The notes under the pieces: model-generated
Told to the model about the DNA's origin: nothing
Seen by the model: only the letters and a program-made list of their open reading frames with translations
Database searches by the model: none
Position numbers and translations under genes: made by a program
Source of the DNA: an uncultured delta proteobacterium
Lineage (GTDB): Bacteria > Myxococcota_A > Polyangia > Fen-1088
Direction: 5' to 3'
Assembly (NCBI GenBank): GCA_963767925.1
Contig: CAVYGB010000006.1
Span: 192,001-256,000 of the forward strand
DNA length: 64,000 nt
Shown here: positions 37,673-48,236 of the stretch, one piece after another
Layout: every line of letters starts with the position of its first letter
Position numbering within the stretch: position 1 is the stretch's first letter

Positions 37673-38419
37673 ATGAAAACCATAGTTTCGGTCAAGAGCG
37701 CCACCAAAGACTATGCCCTCGGCAAGACCGTCGTCCAGGCGTTGCGCGGGGTCACCCTCGACGTGCACGAGGGGGAGTTCCTCTCGATCGCCGGACCGTC
37801 GGGCAGCGGCAAGACCACGCTGCTCAACCTCATCGGCTGCGTCGACGTGCCGACCAGCGGAACCGTGGAGGTGGCGGGCAAGGACACCCGCAAGCTGGCC
37901 GAGCGGGATCTGACCCGCCTGCGGCTGCACACCATCGGCTTCATCTTCCAGAGCTTCAACCTCGTCTCGGTATTGAACGTGCTTCAAAACGTCGAGCTGC
38001 CCCTGCTGCTGCAGGGGGCGCCGTCGGGCGAGCGCAACAAACGGGTGCTGGCCCTGCTCGAGCGGGTGGGGCTGCGCGACCACGCCAAGCACCGCCCCAG
38101 CGAGCTGTCGGGCGGGCAGCGACAGCGGGTGGCCATCGCCCGGGCCCTGGTGAGCCGGCCCCAGCTCGTTTTGGCCGACGAGCCCACCGCCAACCTCGAC
38201 TCGACCACCGGACAGAACATCATCGATCTCATGAAGGAGCTGAACCGCACCGAGAAGACCACCTTCATCTTCTCGACCCACGACGCCCAGGTGATGGCCC
38301 ACGCCAGCTCGGTGGTGCGGCTGGCCGACGGCAAGATGGTCGATCGGGTCTCCGCCGCCGAGGCGGTGAACACCGGCTTTCACGGGCGCCCGCCCGCGCC
38401 CGCCGAAGGAGCGGTCTGA
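37673..38419 (+). CDS. ABC transporter ATP-binding protein (LolD/MacB-like)
   Basis: GPSGSGKTT, LSGGQRQRVAIARAL, LADEPTANLD, STHD. Confidence 0.95.
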   Translation: MKTIVSVKSATKDYALGKTVVQALRGVTLDVHEGEFLSIAGPSGSGKTTLLNLIGCVDVPTSGTVEVAGKDTRKLAERDLTRLRLHTIGFIFQSFNLVSVLNVLQNVELPLLLQGAPSGERNKRVLALLERVGLRDHAKHRPSELSGGQRQRVAIARALVSRPQLVLADEPTANLDSTTGQNIIDLMKELNRTEKTTFIFSTHDAQVMAHASSVVRLADGKMVDRVSAAEAVNTGFHGRPPAPAEGAV

Positions 38420-40572
38420 TGCTCCGGGAGCGGCTCGCCACCTTCAAGGTCATCGCCCTCATCGCCACCCGCAACCTGCTCGCCAGCCGGCTCAAGACCC
38501 TCATCGTGGGGGGCATCATCTTCTTCGGGGCCCTGCTGGTCGTGCTGGGGACCTCCCTGCTCGATAGCGTCGACCACGCCATGAGCCGCAGCATCATCGG
38601 CAGCGTGGCCGGCAACCTGCAGGTCTATTCGGCCCGCTCCAAGGACGAGCTCGAGGTGATGGGCAGCTTCAACTTCGAGGGGGCCGATCTCGAGCCCATC
38701 GACGACTTCGCCAAGCTGCGCGACACGCTGAAGGCCATCCCCAACGTCAAGGAGGTGGTGCCGATGGGCATCTCGGGGGCCATCGTCACCTCGGGCAACA
38801 CCATCGACGTCGCCCTGGCCGAGCTGCGCGATCTGTACCGCAAGCGCCCGCCCCTGCAGGGCGAGGCGGCGGAGGCCATGGACCGGGCCATCGCCGACAA
38901 GAAGGCCCACGTGCGCCAGATGGTGACCGTGCTGGAGGGCGACCTGGCCAACATCACCCGCCTGCAGGACGAGCGGGCGGTGCCGCCCGAAGACGTCGCC
39001 GCGGTCAAGCAGGCCGCCTCCCCCGAGTTCTGGGCCGGCTTCGACAAGGCGCCCCTCGACGGGCTCGAGTTCCTGGAGAACCGCATCGCCGCCCAGGCCA
39101 CCGACGCCGACATGTTGTTCCTGCGCTACGTGGGGACCGATCCGGCCGCCTTCGCCCGCTCCTTCGACCGCATGAAGATCGTCGACGGGACCGCCATTCC
39201 CCCCGGCGAGCGGGGCTTCCTCTTCGCAAAATACATGTACGAGGAGCAGGCCAAGCTGAAGACGGCCCGCCGGCTCGACAAGATCAAGAGCGCCCTCGAA
39301 AACCGCAAGATCACCATCGCCACCGACCCGACCCTGCAGACCTTCGTGCGGGAGAACAGCCTGCAGGTGCGGGAGCTGCTGCTGCAGCTCGACGGCCGCA
39401 AGACCGAGCTGTTCCGGCGCAAGCTGCAGCAGGAGCTGGCCCCCGCCGAGCGCGCAAACCAGGACGTCGGCAAGCTGCTGGCCGCCTTCTTCAAGATGGA
39501 CGACAGCAACTTCGTCCGGCGCTACAAGTTCTTTTACCAGGAGCTGGCGCCCTCCCTCGATCTGTACCGGGTGCGGGTGGGCGACACCTTGACCATCAAG
39601 GCCTTCACCCGCAGCGGCTACGTCCAGTCGGTCAACCTCAAGGTGTACGGGACCTTCAGCTTCGAGGGGCTCGAGCAGTCCCCCCAGGCCGGTGAGCTCA
39701 ACCTGATGGACATGGTCTCCTTTCGCGAGCTTTACGGCTTTCTCACCGACGACCGCAAGAAGGAGATCGCCGCCCTCAAGGCGGGGGTCTCGGCCAAAGA
39801 TGTCACCCGGGAGAACGCCGAGGCCGAGCTGTTCGGCTCCAAGGAGGCGGTCGACACCGGCCGCACCGTGACCGCCGACGTCACCGGGGGGGTCGACCCC
39901 GACGCGGCCCTCTCCGGGCTGGCCGGGCGACTGCGCCGGGAGGAGCTGGCCAGCCGGGTCTACGATCCCAAGCAGCTCGAGCGGGGGGTGGTGCTCAACG
40001 CCGCCGTCATCTTGCACGACCCGGAGAAGCTCGACGAGGCCATCGCCGCCATCGAGGCGGCCGGCACCGCCATGGGCAACCCGCTGCGGGCCATCTCCTG
40101 GCAGAAGGCCTCGGGCATCATCGGGCAGTTCGTCACCCTGGCCCGCATCGTGCTGAACACGGCGGTGCTGATCATCTTCGTGGTGGCGCTGGTCATCATC
40201 AACAACGCCCTGGTCATGGCCACCCTCGAGCGGGTGCAGGAGATCGGGACCTTGCGGGCGGTGGGGGCCCAGCGGCGCTTCATCGTGGGCATGCTGGTGA
40301 TCGAATCGGTGGTGATCGGGGCCCTGTTCGGGGTGCTGGGGGCGGCGGTGGGGGCGGGCATCGTGACCGCCCTGGGCCGGGTGGGCATCCCGGCGGCCAA
40401 CGACGTCTTCACCTTCTTCTTCTCGGGGCCCCGCCTCCATCCGGAGCTGGGCGCCGCCAGCCTCGTCTCGTCGCTGCTCATCGTCCTGGTGGTCAGCGCG
40501 CTCTCGAGCTTTTATCCAGCCTGGCTGGCCATGCGGGTGACCCCCCGGCAGGCCATGGCGACGGAGGAGTGA
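38419..40572 (+). CDS. FtsX/LolC-type ABC permease with a large periplasmic insertion
   Basis: IATRNLL..RLKT N-terminal TM; ERVQEIGTLRAVG; SFYPAW. Confidence 0.88.
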   Translation: MLRERLATFKVIALIATRNLLASRLKTLIVGGIIFFGALLVVLGTSLLDSVDHAMSRSIIGSVAGNLQVYSARSKDELEVMGSFNFEGADLEPIDDFAKLRDTLKAIPNVKEVVPMGISGAIVTSGNTIDVALAELRDLYRKRPPLQGEAAEAMDRAIADKKAHVRQMVTVLEGDLANITRLQDERAVPPEDVAAVKQAASPEFWAGFDKAPLDGLEFLENRIAAQATDADMLFLRYVGTDPAAFARSFDRMKIVDGTAIPPGERGFLFAKYMYEEQAKLKTARRLDKIKSALENRKITIATDPTLQTFVRENSLQVRELLLQLDGRKTELFRRKLQQELAPAERANQDVGKLLAAFFKMDDSNFVRRYKFFYQELAPSLDLYRVRVGDTLTIKAFTRSGYVQSVNLKVYGTFSFEGLEQSPQAGELNLMDMVSFRELYGFLTDDRKKEIAALKAGVSAKDVTRENAEAELFGSKEAVDTGRTVTADVTGGVDPDAALSGLAGRLRREELASRVYDPKQLERGVVLNAAVILHDPEKLDEAIAAIEAAGTAMGNPLRAISWQKASGIIGQFVTLARIVLNTAVLIIFVVALVIINNALVMATLERVQEIGTLRAVGAQRRFIVGMLVIESVVIGALFGVLGAAVGAGIVTALGRVGIPAANDVFTFFFSGPRLHPELGAASLVSSLLIVLVVSALSSFYPAWLAMRVTPRQAMATEE

Positions 40573-40573
40573 C

Positions 40574-41890
40574 ATGACCGGTTTCTTCATCACGTTCCGC
40601 ATCGCCCTCCGCAACCTGCTCCAGCACCGCCGGCGCACGCTCTTTCTCGGGCTGGCCCTGGCCGCCGTGACCGGGCTGCTCATCCTGCTCAACGGGCTGG
40701 CCACCGGCATCCGCAGCACCCTGCTGCACACCGCCACCACGTTGACCAGCGGCCACCTCAACGTGGGCGGCTTCTTCAAGGTGAGCGGCGGCACCTCGGC
40801 CCCGGTGGTGACCCGCTACGCGGAGGTGCTCGAGACCGTGCGCAAGGCGGTCCCCGAGATGCGCTTCGCGGTCCAGCGCGGGCGAGGCTGGGCCAAGGTG
40901 ATCTCCGACCGGGGCTCGATGCAGGCCGGGATCGGAGGCATCGACATCCGCAACGAACCCGAATTCAAGAATGTCCTCACCATCACGAGCGGCAACATCG
41001 AGGACCTGGCCCAGCCCAACACCATCCTTGTGTTCGAGGGCCAGCTCGAGAAACTCGACGTCAAGGTGGGCGACGCCATCACCATCTCCGCCCAGACCAC
41101 CCGGGGCATCGCCAACACCATCGACTGCCGGGTGGCGGCCATCGCCAAGGACGTCGGCCTGCTGAGCAAGTGGAACGTCTACGTCCCCAACGAGACCTTG
41201 CAGTCGCTCTACCAGCTCCGCAGCGACGCCACCGGGGCCATCCACGTCATGCTGGGGCCCGAGCACCTCGATCAGATCAACGCCATCGCCGGCCGCCTGC
41301 GCAAGTCATTGGCCGACGCCGGCAACCGCATGATGGAGCCCAACCCCCAGGCCTTCTGGATGAAGTTCGAGAGCGTCAACCGGGAGGACTGGACCGGCCA
41401 GAAGCTCGACGTCACCACCTGGGAGGACGAGCTGTCCTTCATGATGTGGACCTTGCAAGCGCTGCAAGGGCTCACCATGGTGCTGATGATCATCCTCGTG
41501 GCCATCGTCGTCACCGGCATCATGAACACGATGTGGATCGCCATCCGCGAGCGCACCCGGGAGATAGGCACCTTGCGGGCCATCGGCATGCACCGGCGGG
41601 CGGTGGCCCGCATGTTCTTGCTCGAGTCGCTGCTGCTGGGGATCGTGGGCACGAGCTTCGGCGCCCTGGGGGCGGCGGCCATCGCCGCCGGCATCAACGC
41701 GCTCGACATCGGGGTGCCGATCTCGGTGCAGCTCTTCCTGATGTCCGACTACCTCCGCCTCGACGTCACGCCCCAGGCCGCCATCCAGTCGGTGGTGATG
41801 CTGTCGCTGGTGACGGGGCTGGCCGCGCTGTACCCCTCGATCCGGGCGGCCCGGCTGCGCCCCATCGAGGCCATGGCCCACTTTGGTTGA
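40574..41890 (+). CDS. FtsX/LolE-type ABC permease
   Basis: IALRNLLQHRRRT; ERTREIGTLRAIG; LYPSIRAARLRPIEA. Confidence 0.9.
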   Translation: MTGFFITFRIALRNLLQHRRRTLFLGLALAAVTGLLILLNGLATGIRSTLLHTATTLTSGHLNVGGFFKVSGGTSAPVVTRYAEVLETVRKAVPEMRFAVQRGRGWAKVISDRGSMQAGIGGIDIRNEPEFKNVLTITSGNIEDLAQPNTILVFEGQLEKLDVKVGDAITISAQTTRGIANTIDCRVAAIAKDVGLLSKWNVYVPNETLQSLYQLRSDATGAIHVMLGPEHLDQINAIAGRLRKSLADAGNRMMEPNPQAFWMKFESVNREDWTGQKLDVTTWEDELSFMMWTLQALQGLTMVLMIILVAIVVTGIMNTMWIAIRERTREIGTLRAIGMHRRAVARMFLLESLLLGIVGTSFGALGAAAIAAGINALDIGVPISVQLFLMSDYLRLDVTPQAAIQSVVMLSLVTGLAALYPSIRAARLRPIEAMAHFG

Positions 41891-41954
41891 GACCGTGAAT
41901 GACTCCGCTTACGCCGCCGCTAACCCCGCTTATTTCTCAGGCAAGGAGAGCTCG

Positions 41955-42755
41955 ATGAAGTCCAGGACCCTGTCTGTCGCCAAGGCCCCCCTGGGGCTGC
42001 TGCTGGTCATGGCCATGGCCCCCGCCCCGGCGGCGGCCGCCGCGCCCACCCCGCAGGAGATGGTCGACATCCTCAAGGAGGTCGACGACCGGCAGCGCAA
42101 CCAGGGTGACTGGCGCTCGCTCGTCTACATGGAGCAGAAGGAGCGGGACAAGGTCGACGTCATCTACGAGGCGCTGGTCTTCCGGCGCAGCGAAGATCAG
42201 AAGTTCATGATCCTCTTTACCAAGCCGAAGGCCTCCGAGGGCCAGGGCTACCTGCGGATCGACAAGAACCTCTGGTTTTACGCCCCCACCGTCGGCAAGT
42301 GGGAGCGCCGCACCGAGCGCGAGCGCATCGGAGGGACCAACTCCCGCCGCTCGGACTTCGACGAGTCACGCCTGGCCGAGGAGTACGTGCCCGAGTTCCA
42401 GGGCGAGGAGAAGCTGGGTGCCTACACCGCCGAGGTGTTCAACCTCAAAGGCAAACCCGGGCTCGACCTGGCCTTCCCCACCATCAAGCTCTGGCTCGAC
42501 AAGGACACGCGCAACATCCTCAAGCGGCAGGAGTTCGCCCTCTCGGGGCGCCTGCTGCGGACCTCGTATTACCCCAAGTGGAAGAAGCTCTACAGCGAGT
42601 CGAAGAAGGGCGAGATCTGGTACCCCCAGGAGCTGCGCTTCTTCGACGAGGTCGAGAAGGCCAACCAGACCCTCATCCTGATCAAGACGGTCGACCTCAA
42701 GCCACTCGAGCCCAACCTCTTCACGAAGGCCTGGTTGGAAAGCAAATCCCGATGA
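41955..42755 (+). CDS. LolA-like outer membrane lipoprotein-sorting protein
   Basis: Signal peptide; ILFTKPK..GQGYL..DKNLWFY; FALSGRLLRT; FTKAWLE; AAGGAG RBS; follows LolCDE-like genes. Confidence 0.78.
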   Translation: MKSRTLSVAKAPLGLLLVMAMAPAPAAAAAPTPQEMVDILKEVDDRQRNQGDWRSLVYMEQKERDKVDVIYEALVFRRSEDQKFMILFTKPKASEGQGYLRIDKNLWFYAPTVGKWERRTERERIGGTNSRRSDFDESRLAEEYVPEFQGEEKLGAYTAEVFNLKGKPGLDLAFPTIKLWLDKDTRNILKRQEFALSGRLLRTSYYPKWKKLYSESKKGEIWYPQELRFFDEVEKANQTLILIKTVDLKPLEPNLFTKAWLESKSR

Positions 42756-44464
42756 AGCGCTGGGCGTGGCTGGCGCTGGCCCTGGTGGCCAGCCCGGCGG
42801 CCTGGGCCCAGCCGCGGCCCAGGGAGTCGGACATCTTCGGCGCCCCCGCCGACCAGAAAAAGCCAGAAGACAGGAAGGAGGACGCGAAGCAGCCCAATCC
42901 GGCGGCCCCCGCCGCGACGGCCGACCCGGCGCCGGCACGCCCTCCGGAGTCGGACATCTTCGGCACCCCGGCCGAGCCGAAGCCCGAGGACAAGCCGGCC
43001 GACGCGACCCCGGCCACGCCCGAAGAGCCGGCCCCGGCCGAGCCGCCGGCCTCCGAGGCCAGCACGCCCGAGGCCCGGCGGCCCGGCACGCCGGAGTCGG
43101 CGCGCGACGACGCCATCCTCGGCGTCTCCGAGGCCGGGCGGCTGGCCACCGACCCGGCCCCCGAAGATCCCCTGCGCATCGGGGGGATGTTCTACCTGCG
43201 CACCCAGACCACCGCCCGCGAGGACGAGTCGCCCCAGGACTGGAGCCTGGGGGCCCCCTCCCTGGTCGACGCCTACCTCGACGCCCGCCCCAACGAGCGG
43301 GTGCGCGGGCTGATCGTCGGGCGGCTGCTGTTCGACCCCACCCTGCCCGCCGAGGCGGGCGGGCCGAGCGCCATGCAGGTGGCCCCCGCCGAGTCGGGCG
43401 CCACCATGGGGTCGAGCGAGCTGTCGAGCCTGTTCGCCGGCCGCTCGCGGGGGCCCACCGCCGCCCTCGATCAGATGTGGCTGCGCTTCGACCTGCAGCA
43501 CCGGCTGTTCGTGACCGCGGGCAAGCAACACGTGCGCTGGGGGACGGCCCGCTTCTGGACGCCGACCGACTTCCTGCACATCCGCAAGCGCAACCCGCTC
43601 GACGTGTTCGACGCCCGCACCGGCACCACCATGGTCAAGCTGCACGCCCCCTGGGAGGCCATGGGCTGGAACTTCTACGGCTACGGCCTGCTCGAGGACG
43701 CCGACGCCACCGCCCGGCTGGGCAACGTGGCCGGCGCCGCCCGGGCCGAGATCGTCCTCGGCACCAACGAGCTGGGCCTGGGGGCCCTGGTCCAGCGCGG
43801 GCGCAAGCCGCGCATCGGGATCGATCTATCGACCGGCATCTGGGACATCGACCTCTACGGAGAGATGGCCCTGCGCTGGGGCAGCGAGATCGATCGGGTG
43901 CGGGTGGCGACCGACCCGTTCGTCTCCGACCTGTCGCTGGGCCTGCCGGCGCTGGTCGAGGCGATGTACCCGGTCGAGCAGCGCATCGGGGTGAAGACCC
44001 AGGTGGTGGGCGGCGCCAGCTACTCCCGCAAGTACAACGACAACGACGTGTTCCACGTCGGGATCGAATACTTCTACAACCCGCTCGGCTACGACGACCA
44101 CGACGTCTACCCCGGCCTGGTCCTGCCCCGCACCGCCCCCCTGCAGAACCCGGCGACCTTCTTCTACCTGGGCCGGCACTACGGGGCCCTCTTCCTCAGC
44201 GTGCCGGCGCCCTTCTCCTGGGACCAGACCACCTTCACCGTCTCGACCCTCGGCAACTTCTCCGACGGGTCGTACATCACCCGCCTCGACTACGCCCTCG
44301 TGCTGCTGACCCACCTGCGGTTCGAGGCCTACGCGGCCGTGCGCTACGGCGACGCCGAGGGGGAGTTTCGCTTCGGCATCCGCAATCTGCAGATCGGCGG
44401 GGTGAGCTTCTCGTCCCCCCCCGCCGTCCTCGACCTGGGCCTCGGCCTGCGCGTCGACCTCTGA
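42752..44464 (+). CDS. Putative outer-membrane beta-barrel protein with a Pro/Ala/Glu-rich N-terminal region
   Basis: Signal peptide; TAGKQHVRWG..FWTPTDF; alternating hydrophobic strands; LGLRVDL terminus. Confidence 0.7.
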   Translation: MKRWAWLALALVASPAAWAQPRPRESDIFGAPADQKKPEDRKEDAKQPNPAAPAATADPAPARPPESDIFGTPAEPKPEDKPADATPATPEEPAPAEPPASEASTPEARRPGTPESARDDAILGVSEAGRLATDPAPEDPLRIGGMFYLRTQTTAREDESPQDWSLGAPSLVDAYLDARPNERVRGLIVGRLLFDPTLPAEAGGPSAMQVAPAESGATMGSSELSSLFAGRSRGPTAALDQMWLRFDLQHRLFVTAGKQHVRWGTARFWTPTDFLHIRKRNPLDVFDARTGTTMVKLHAPWEAMGWNFYGYGLLEDADATARLGNVAGAARAEIVLGTNELGLGALVQRGRKPRIGIDLSTGIWDIDLYGEMALRWGSEIDRVRVATDPFVSDLSLGLPALVEAMYPVEQRIGVKTQVVGGASYSRKYNDNDVFHVGIEYFYNPLGYDDHDVYPGLVLPRTAPLQNPATFFYLGRHYGALFLSVPAPFSWDQTTFTVSTLGNFSDGSYITRLDYALVLLTHLRFEAYAAVRYGDAEGEFRFGIRNLQIGGVSFSSPPAVLDLGLGLRVDL

Positions 44465-44498
44465 GCCCGCCCGGGCCCCGGCGCCCCTGCGCCCCCGC

Positions 44499-46517
44499 TC
44501 AGGAGTTGGGGCGCAGGTGGTCGCGCAGGAACTGCAGGGTGTGGCCGGCCTGCAGCACCTGGTTGCCGCGCTTGGCGGCGCCGTGCCCCTCGTCGCCGAA
44601 GATGATGAGGGGGCTCTTGATCTTGCGGGCCTCCAGGGCGTCGTGCATCTGGATGGTCTCGCCGGCGGGGACCCGCGGGTCGTTGGCCCCCTGGATCAGC
44701 AGCAGCGGACCCTTGACCCGATCGATGTAGGTGATCGGGGACAGCTCGAGCAGGGCCTTCCGGTCCTTGTCCGGGTCCCCGTATTCGTTGACCCGCAGCG
44801 CCCGCCGGTAGGGCGCCGTGTTGGCCAGGAAGGAGACCAGGTTGGAGGGCGCCACCACCGCCACCCCCACGTCGTAGGCCCCGGCGAACATGGTCATGCC
44901 GATCAGCGACGAATAGCCGCCGTAGCTGCCGCCCACGATGGCCAGGCGGGGCACCCGCCCGTCGCGGGCCCAGTCCTTGCGGATGAAGCGGGCGCAGTCC
45001 TCGATGTCGGTGATGATGGCCAGCCGCTTGGGTCCGTCGTCGGCGTGGAACCAGCGCTTGCCGTAGCCGTCGCTGCCGCGCACGTTGGGCTCGACGAGGA
45101 TGAAGCCGGCGTCGATGTAGAGCTGGTCCCCGGGGGAAAACCCGGGCTGGGCCTGCCCCTCGGGCCCCCCGTGGAAGATCACCACCACCGGGCAGTTGCC
45201 GCCGCCGCCCTTGGGGCAGGCCGCGGGCCGGCGCACGAACATCGGGATCTGGGCGCCGTCGCGCGCCGGGTAGTGCTCGAGGGTCGCGCGCACGAACTTC
45301 GACAGGTCGACCTCCGGCGCGGCGGGGAGCTGCCACTGGGTCAGCTTCCCGGTCCGCCAGTCCAGCACGTAGCTGACCAGGGGGGCCTTGCCGCTGTCGA
45401 CCCCGAGCACGACGTAGCGGCCGTTGGGGCTGAAGGGGCCGTTGAACACGTGGTCCGCCTCGGGCAGGGCCGGCAGGCGCAGGGGCTTGTAGCTGCGGGC
45501 GTCGAGGCCGGAAGTGCGGGTGTAGCCGTCCTGGTTGACGGCGTAGAGCAGGCGGGTGCGCCCCCGATCGAGGGAGAAGTCGGCGACGTCGTGGGTCAGC
45601 TCGGGCGTCACGGGGGTCAGGTTGCCGGCGCGCCAGCGGTACAGGCGCCGGAACTCCCCGAGCTTGGGGGTCAACACCAGCACCTCGCCCTCGGCGGCGG
45701 CGTAGCGGGCGGTGAACTCCTCGCGCTCGCCCTGGCCGATGATCGGCTGCAGCTTCTTGCTCGCCGGGCTCCACTCGTAGATCTCGTTGACCGAGCTGCC
45801 GAGCTCCTTGTTGAGCAGCAGGCGCCCGTCGGGGCGGTGGTCGGCGACCCTCCACAGGCCGGGCTCGGAGAAGACCCGCTCCTTGTTGCCGCTCTTGACG
45901 TCGAAGCGGTAGATGGCGAAGGCGTCGGGCTCGACGTCGTTGGCCCGGAAGTAGACCGCGCGCGAATCGTCGCTGACGAACTCGAGGAAGGTCTGCACCC
46001 GGGGCAGGTGCTGGATGACCCGCAGGGGCCCGCCCTCGGGCGACTGCAGGTACAGGCCGGGGTACTCCTCGCCGTTGCGATCCCGGGCGATGACGAGGAA
46101 GCTGCCGTCGGGGGCCAGCGCGTCGACCCGGGTGATGTCCTCGCCGCCGGTGAGCTGCACGGGGAAGCTCCGGGGCCCGTCGAGCCGCCAGACCTGGCTG
46201 GTGCCGGTCACCCGCCAGCTGAAGAACAGGCGCTTGCCGTCCGGCGAGACAATCCCCAGGCCGGGCGCGCGCACGTCGAGCATGGTCTGGATGCTCCGGC
46301 TGAGATCCGTGGGCAGGGCGGGCGGCGCGTATTTCGCCAGCAGGGCGGGCGACACGCTGCCGGCGCCGTGGCCCGAATAGCCCGTCGTCGACTGCTTCGT
46401 CGACTGCTTCGTGCTCGGCTGTGCCGCCGGCGTCTGCGCCCGGGGGCTCGCGCCCGACCCGACCAGGGCGACCATCCCGAACAGACCGGCCACTGTGACG
46501 GTGAAACGTGGATTCAC
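44499..46517 (-). CDS. Secreted S9 prolyl oligopeptidase family peptidase
   Basis: FHGGPE, NVRGSDGYG, GGSYGG, ANDPRV, DEGHG; AAGGAGG RBS before GTG 46517. Confidence 0.93.
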   Translation of the reverse strand: MNPRFTVTVAGLFGMVALVGSGASPRAQTPAAQPSTKQSTKQSTTGYSGHGAGSVSPALLAKYAPPALPTDLSRSIQTMLDVRAPGLGIVSPDGKRLFFSWRVTGTSQVWRLDGPRSFPVQLTGGEDITRVDALAPDGSFLVIARDRNGEEYPGLYLQSPEGGPLRVIQHLPRVQTFLEFVSDDSRAVYFRANDVEPDAFAIYRFDVKSGNKERVFSEPGLWRVADHRPDGRLLLNKELGSSVNEIYEWSPASKKLQPIIGQGEREEFTARYAAAEGEVLVLTPKLGEFRRLYRWRAGNLTPVTPELTHDVADFSLDRGRTRLLYAVNQDGYTRTSGLDARSYKPLRLPALPEADHVFNGPFSPNGRYVVLGVDSGKAPLVSYVLDWRTGKLTQWQLPAAPEVDLSKFVRATLEHYPARDGAQIPMFVRRPAACPKGGGGNCPVVVIFHGGPEGQAQPGFSPGDQLYIDAGFILVEPNVRGSDGYGKRWFHADDGPKRLAIITDIEDCARFIRKDWARDGRVPRLAIVGGSYGGYSSLIGMTMFAGAYDVGVAVVAPSNLVSFLANTAPYRRALRVNEYGDPDKDRKALLELSPITYIDRVKGPLLLIQGANDPRVPAGETIQMHDALEARKIKSPLIIFGDEGHGAAKRGNQVLQAGHTLQFLRDHLRPNS

Positions 46518-46745
46518 GGCATCCTCCTTTGGGCCCTCGAAACCAGGGGGCAGCTCCGGGCGCCACCATACCCCAGGGTGCTCCCCGGCGCACCGCCGCC
46601 CACCGCCACCCACCCCGCTCCCCGGCCAGACGGGCGGCGTAAGCGCTCCGCTCCTCCCTGCCGGCCACTGTTTCGAGGCCGGCGCTGAATTCCGGACAGC
46701 ACCCGCCGATGAAGGTGTCGGGCGAGCAGGCGCCCGGAGGACGAC

Positions 46746-48224
46746 ATGGCCTTGGGGAGACACCCGACGACAGGAAGAAGAGACTTCGGCTGGCGGCAGC
46801 TCCGCTGGCTGCTGGCGGCGCCCCCGCTGGCGCTGGCGCTGTGGGCCTGCAGCGCCCATCCCCTGGCCCAGCCGAGCCCCGCGCCCGAGTCTCAGATCGA
46901 TCGGATCTACGAGGTAAACCCCGCGCGCCAGCTCGACCTGCTGTTCGTGATCGACAACTCCGGGTCGATGGCCGAGGAGCAGACCAACCTCAAGGCCAAC
47001 TTCCCCGACTTCATGGCCGCCCTGCAGAACATCCCCGGCGGCCTGCCCGACACCCGCATCGCCGTCGTCTCCACCGACTTCGGAGCGGGGCCCAGCGCCG
47101 TGGGGCGCGAGTGCCCGGTCCTCGGCGACCGGGGCGCGTTCCAGGCCCGGGCCGGCTGCGGCCTGGACAGCAGCCGCAACGGCTTTTTCCTCACCGTCGA
47201 TGGCAAGGGCGCCCAGAACTTCACCGGCGCGCTGTCCGACGTGTTCTCCTGCATGGCCAGCCTGGGGACCGAGGGCTGCGGCTTCGAGCACCAGCTCCAG
47301 TCGATGCGGGTAGCGCTGGCCGCCAGCGACCCGGCCTCGGGCCTCGCCCCCGGCAACCGCAACTTCCTGCGCGAGGACGCCTACCTCGGCATCGTCATCC
47401 TCAGCGACGAGGACGACTGCTCGGGTGAGCCGGAGGCCAGCTTCTACCAGGACCAGGTCGCCGGCCAGTCGGGCAGCCTGCGCTGCGCCCTGCTGGGCCA
47501 CGTGTGCGGCGGGCAGGCGATCCCGACCTCCAAGGACTTCCGCAGCACCCTGGGCGCCTGCCAGCCCTACCAGCGCAAGGAGAGCGAGAAGGCGAGCCGT
47601 CTGATCAACGTCGAGGACTTCGTGACCTTCGTCAAGGGGCTCAAGGGCGGCAACGATGACAAGATCATCGTGTCGTCGATCATGGGCTGGAGCGACGATC
47701 CCCAGGCGCCCTACGGCCTGTACGAGCGCGCCCTCGGCGGAGGGGCCAAGGAGCTCGAGCTGTCCCCGGTCTGCTCGCAGAGCGCGACCGGCTCGGCGGC
47801 GCCCGGGCTGCGCCTGCACCGCTTCACCACCAGCTTCAAGCACAACACCGTCCACCGCATCTGCCAGGCCGACCTGCAGCAGGCCATGCAGCAGATCGGG
47901 GAGAAGATGGCCGCCGCCATCGATCCCACCTGCCTCAAGGGCCGCCTCGTCGACACCGACCTCGACCGCGCCGGCGTCCAGCCCGACTGCCAGGTCAGCG
48001 ACCGCTTCCCCCGCACCGGCGGCGGCTTCAACGAGGTGCCGCTGCCGAGCTGCGATCACGGGGCCAGCCCCTGCTGGGAGATGCAGCCCGACGCCATGTG
48101 CGGCGGCTACCGCACCTTCGTCCGCCGCCCCAACGGCGAGATGCCCCCCACCGACACCATCCAGACCGTCCGCTGCCTGGCCTGCACCGAAGCCACCGAC
48201 CCCCGCCGCTGCCAGGGCCAGTAG
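46746..48224 (+). CDS. vWA-domain Cys-rich lipoprotein
   Basis: Lipobox LWAC; DLLFVIDNSGSM MIDAS; GCGFEHQL; FLREDAYL.IVILSDEDDCS. Confidence 0.85.
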   Translation: MALGRHPTTGRRDFGWRQLRWLLAAPPLALALWACSAHPLAQPSPAPESQIDRIYEVNPARQLDLLFVIDNSGSMAEEQTNLKANFPDFMAALQNIPGGLPDTRIAVVSTDFGAGPSAVGRECPVLGDRGAFQARAGCGLDSSRNGFFLTVDGKGAQNFTGALSDVFSCMASLGTEGCGFEHQLQSMRVALAASDPASGLAPGNRNFLREDAYLGIVILSDEDDCSGEPEASFYQDQVAGQSGSLRCALLGHVCGGQAIPTSKDFRSTLGACQPYQRKESEKASRLINVEDFVTFVKGLKGGNDDKIIVSSIMGWSDDPQAPYGLYERALGGGAKELELSPVCSQSATGSAAPGLRLHRFTTSFKHNTVHRICQADLQQAMQQIGEKMAAAIDPTCLKGRLVDTDLDRAGVQPDCQVSDRFPRTGGGFNEVPLPSCDHGASPCWEMQPDAMCGGYRTFVRRPNGEMPPTDTIQTVRCLACTEATDPRRCQGQ

Positions 48225-48236
48225 CGGCTGGGCGGC

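Noticed and set aside
44499..48059. 1186-aa ORF suggesting a giant S9 peptidase fusion
   Set aside because: The N-terminal ~510 aa are the antisense shadow of the vWA gene; an RBS, GTG and signal peptide place the real start at 46517
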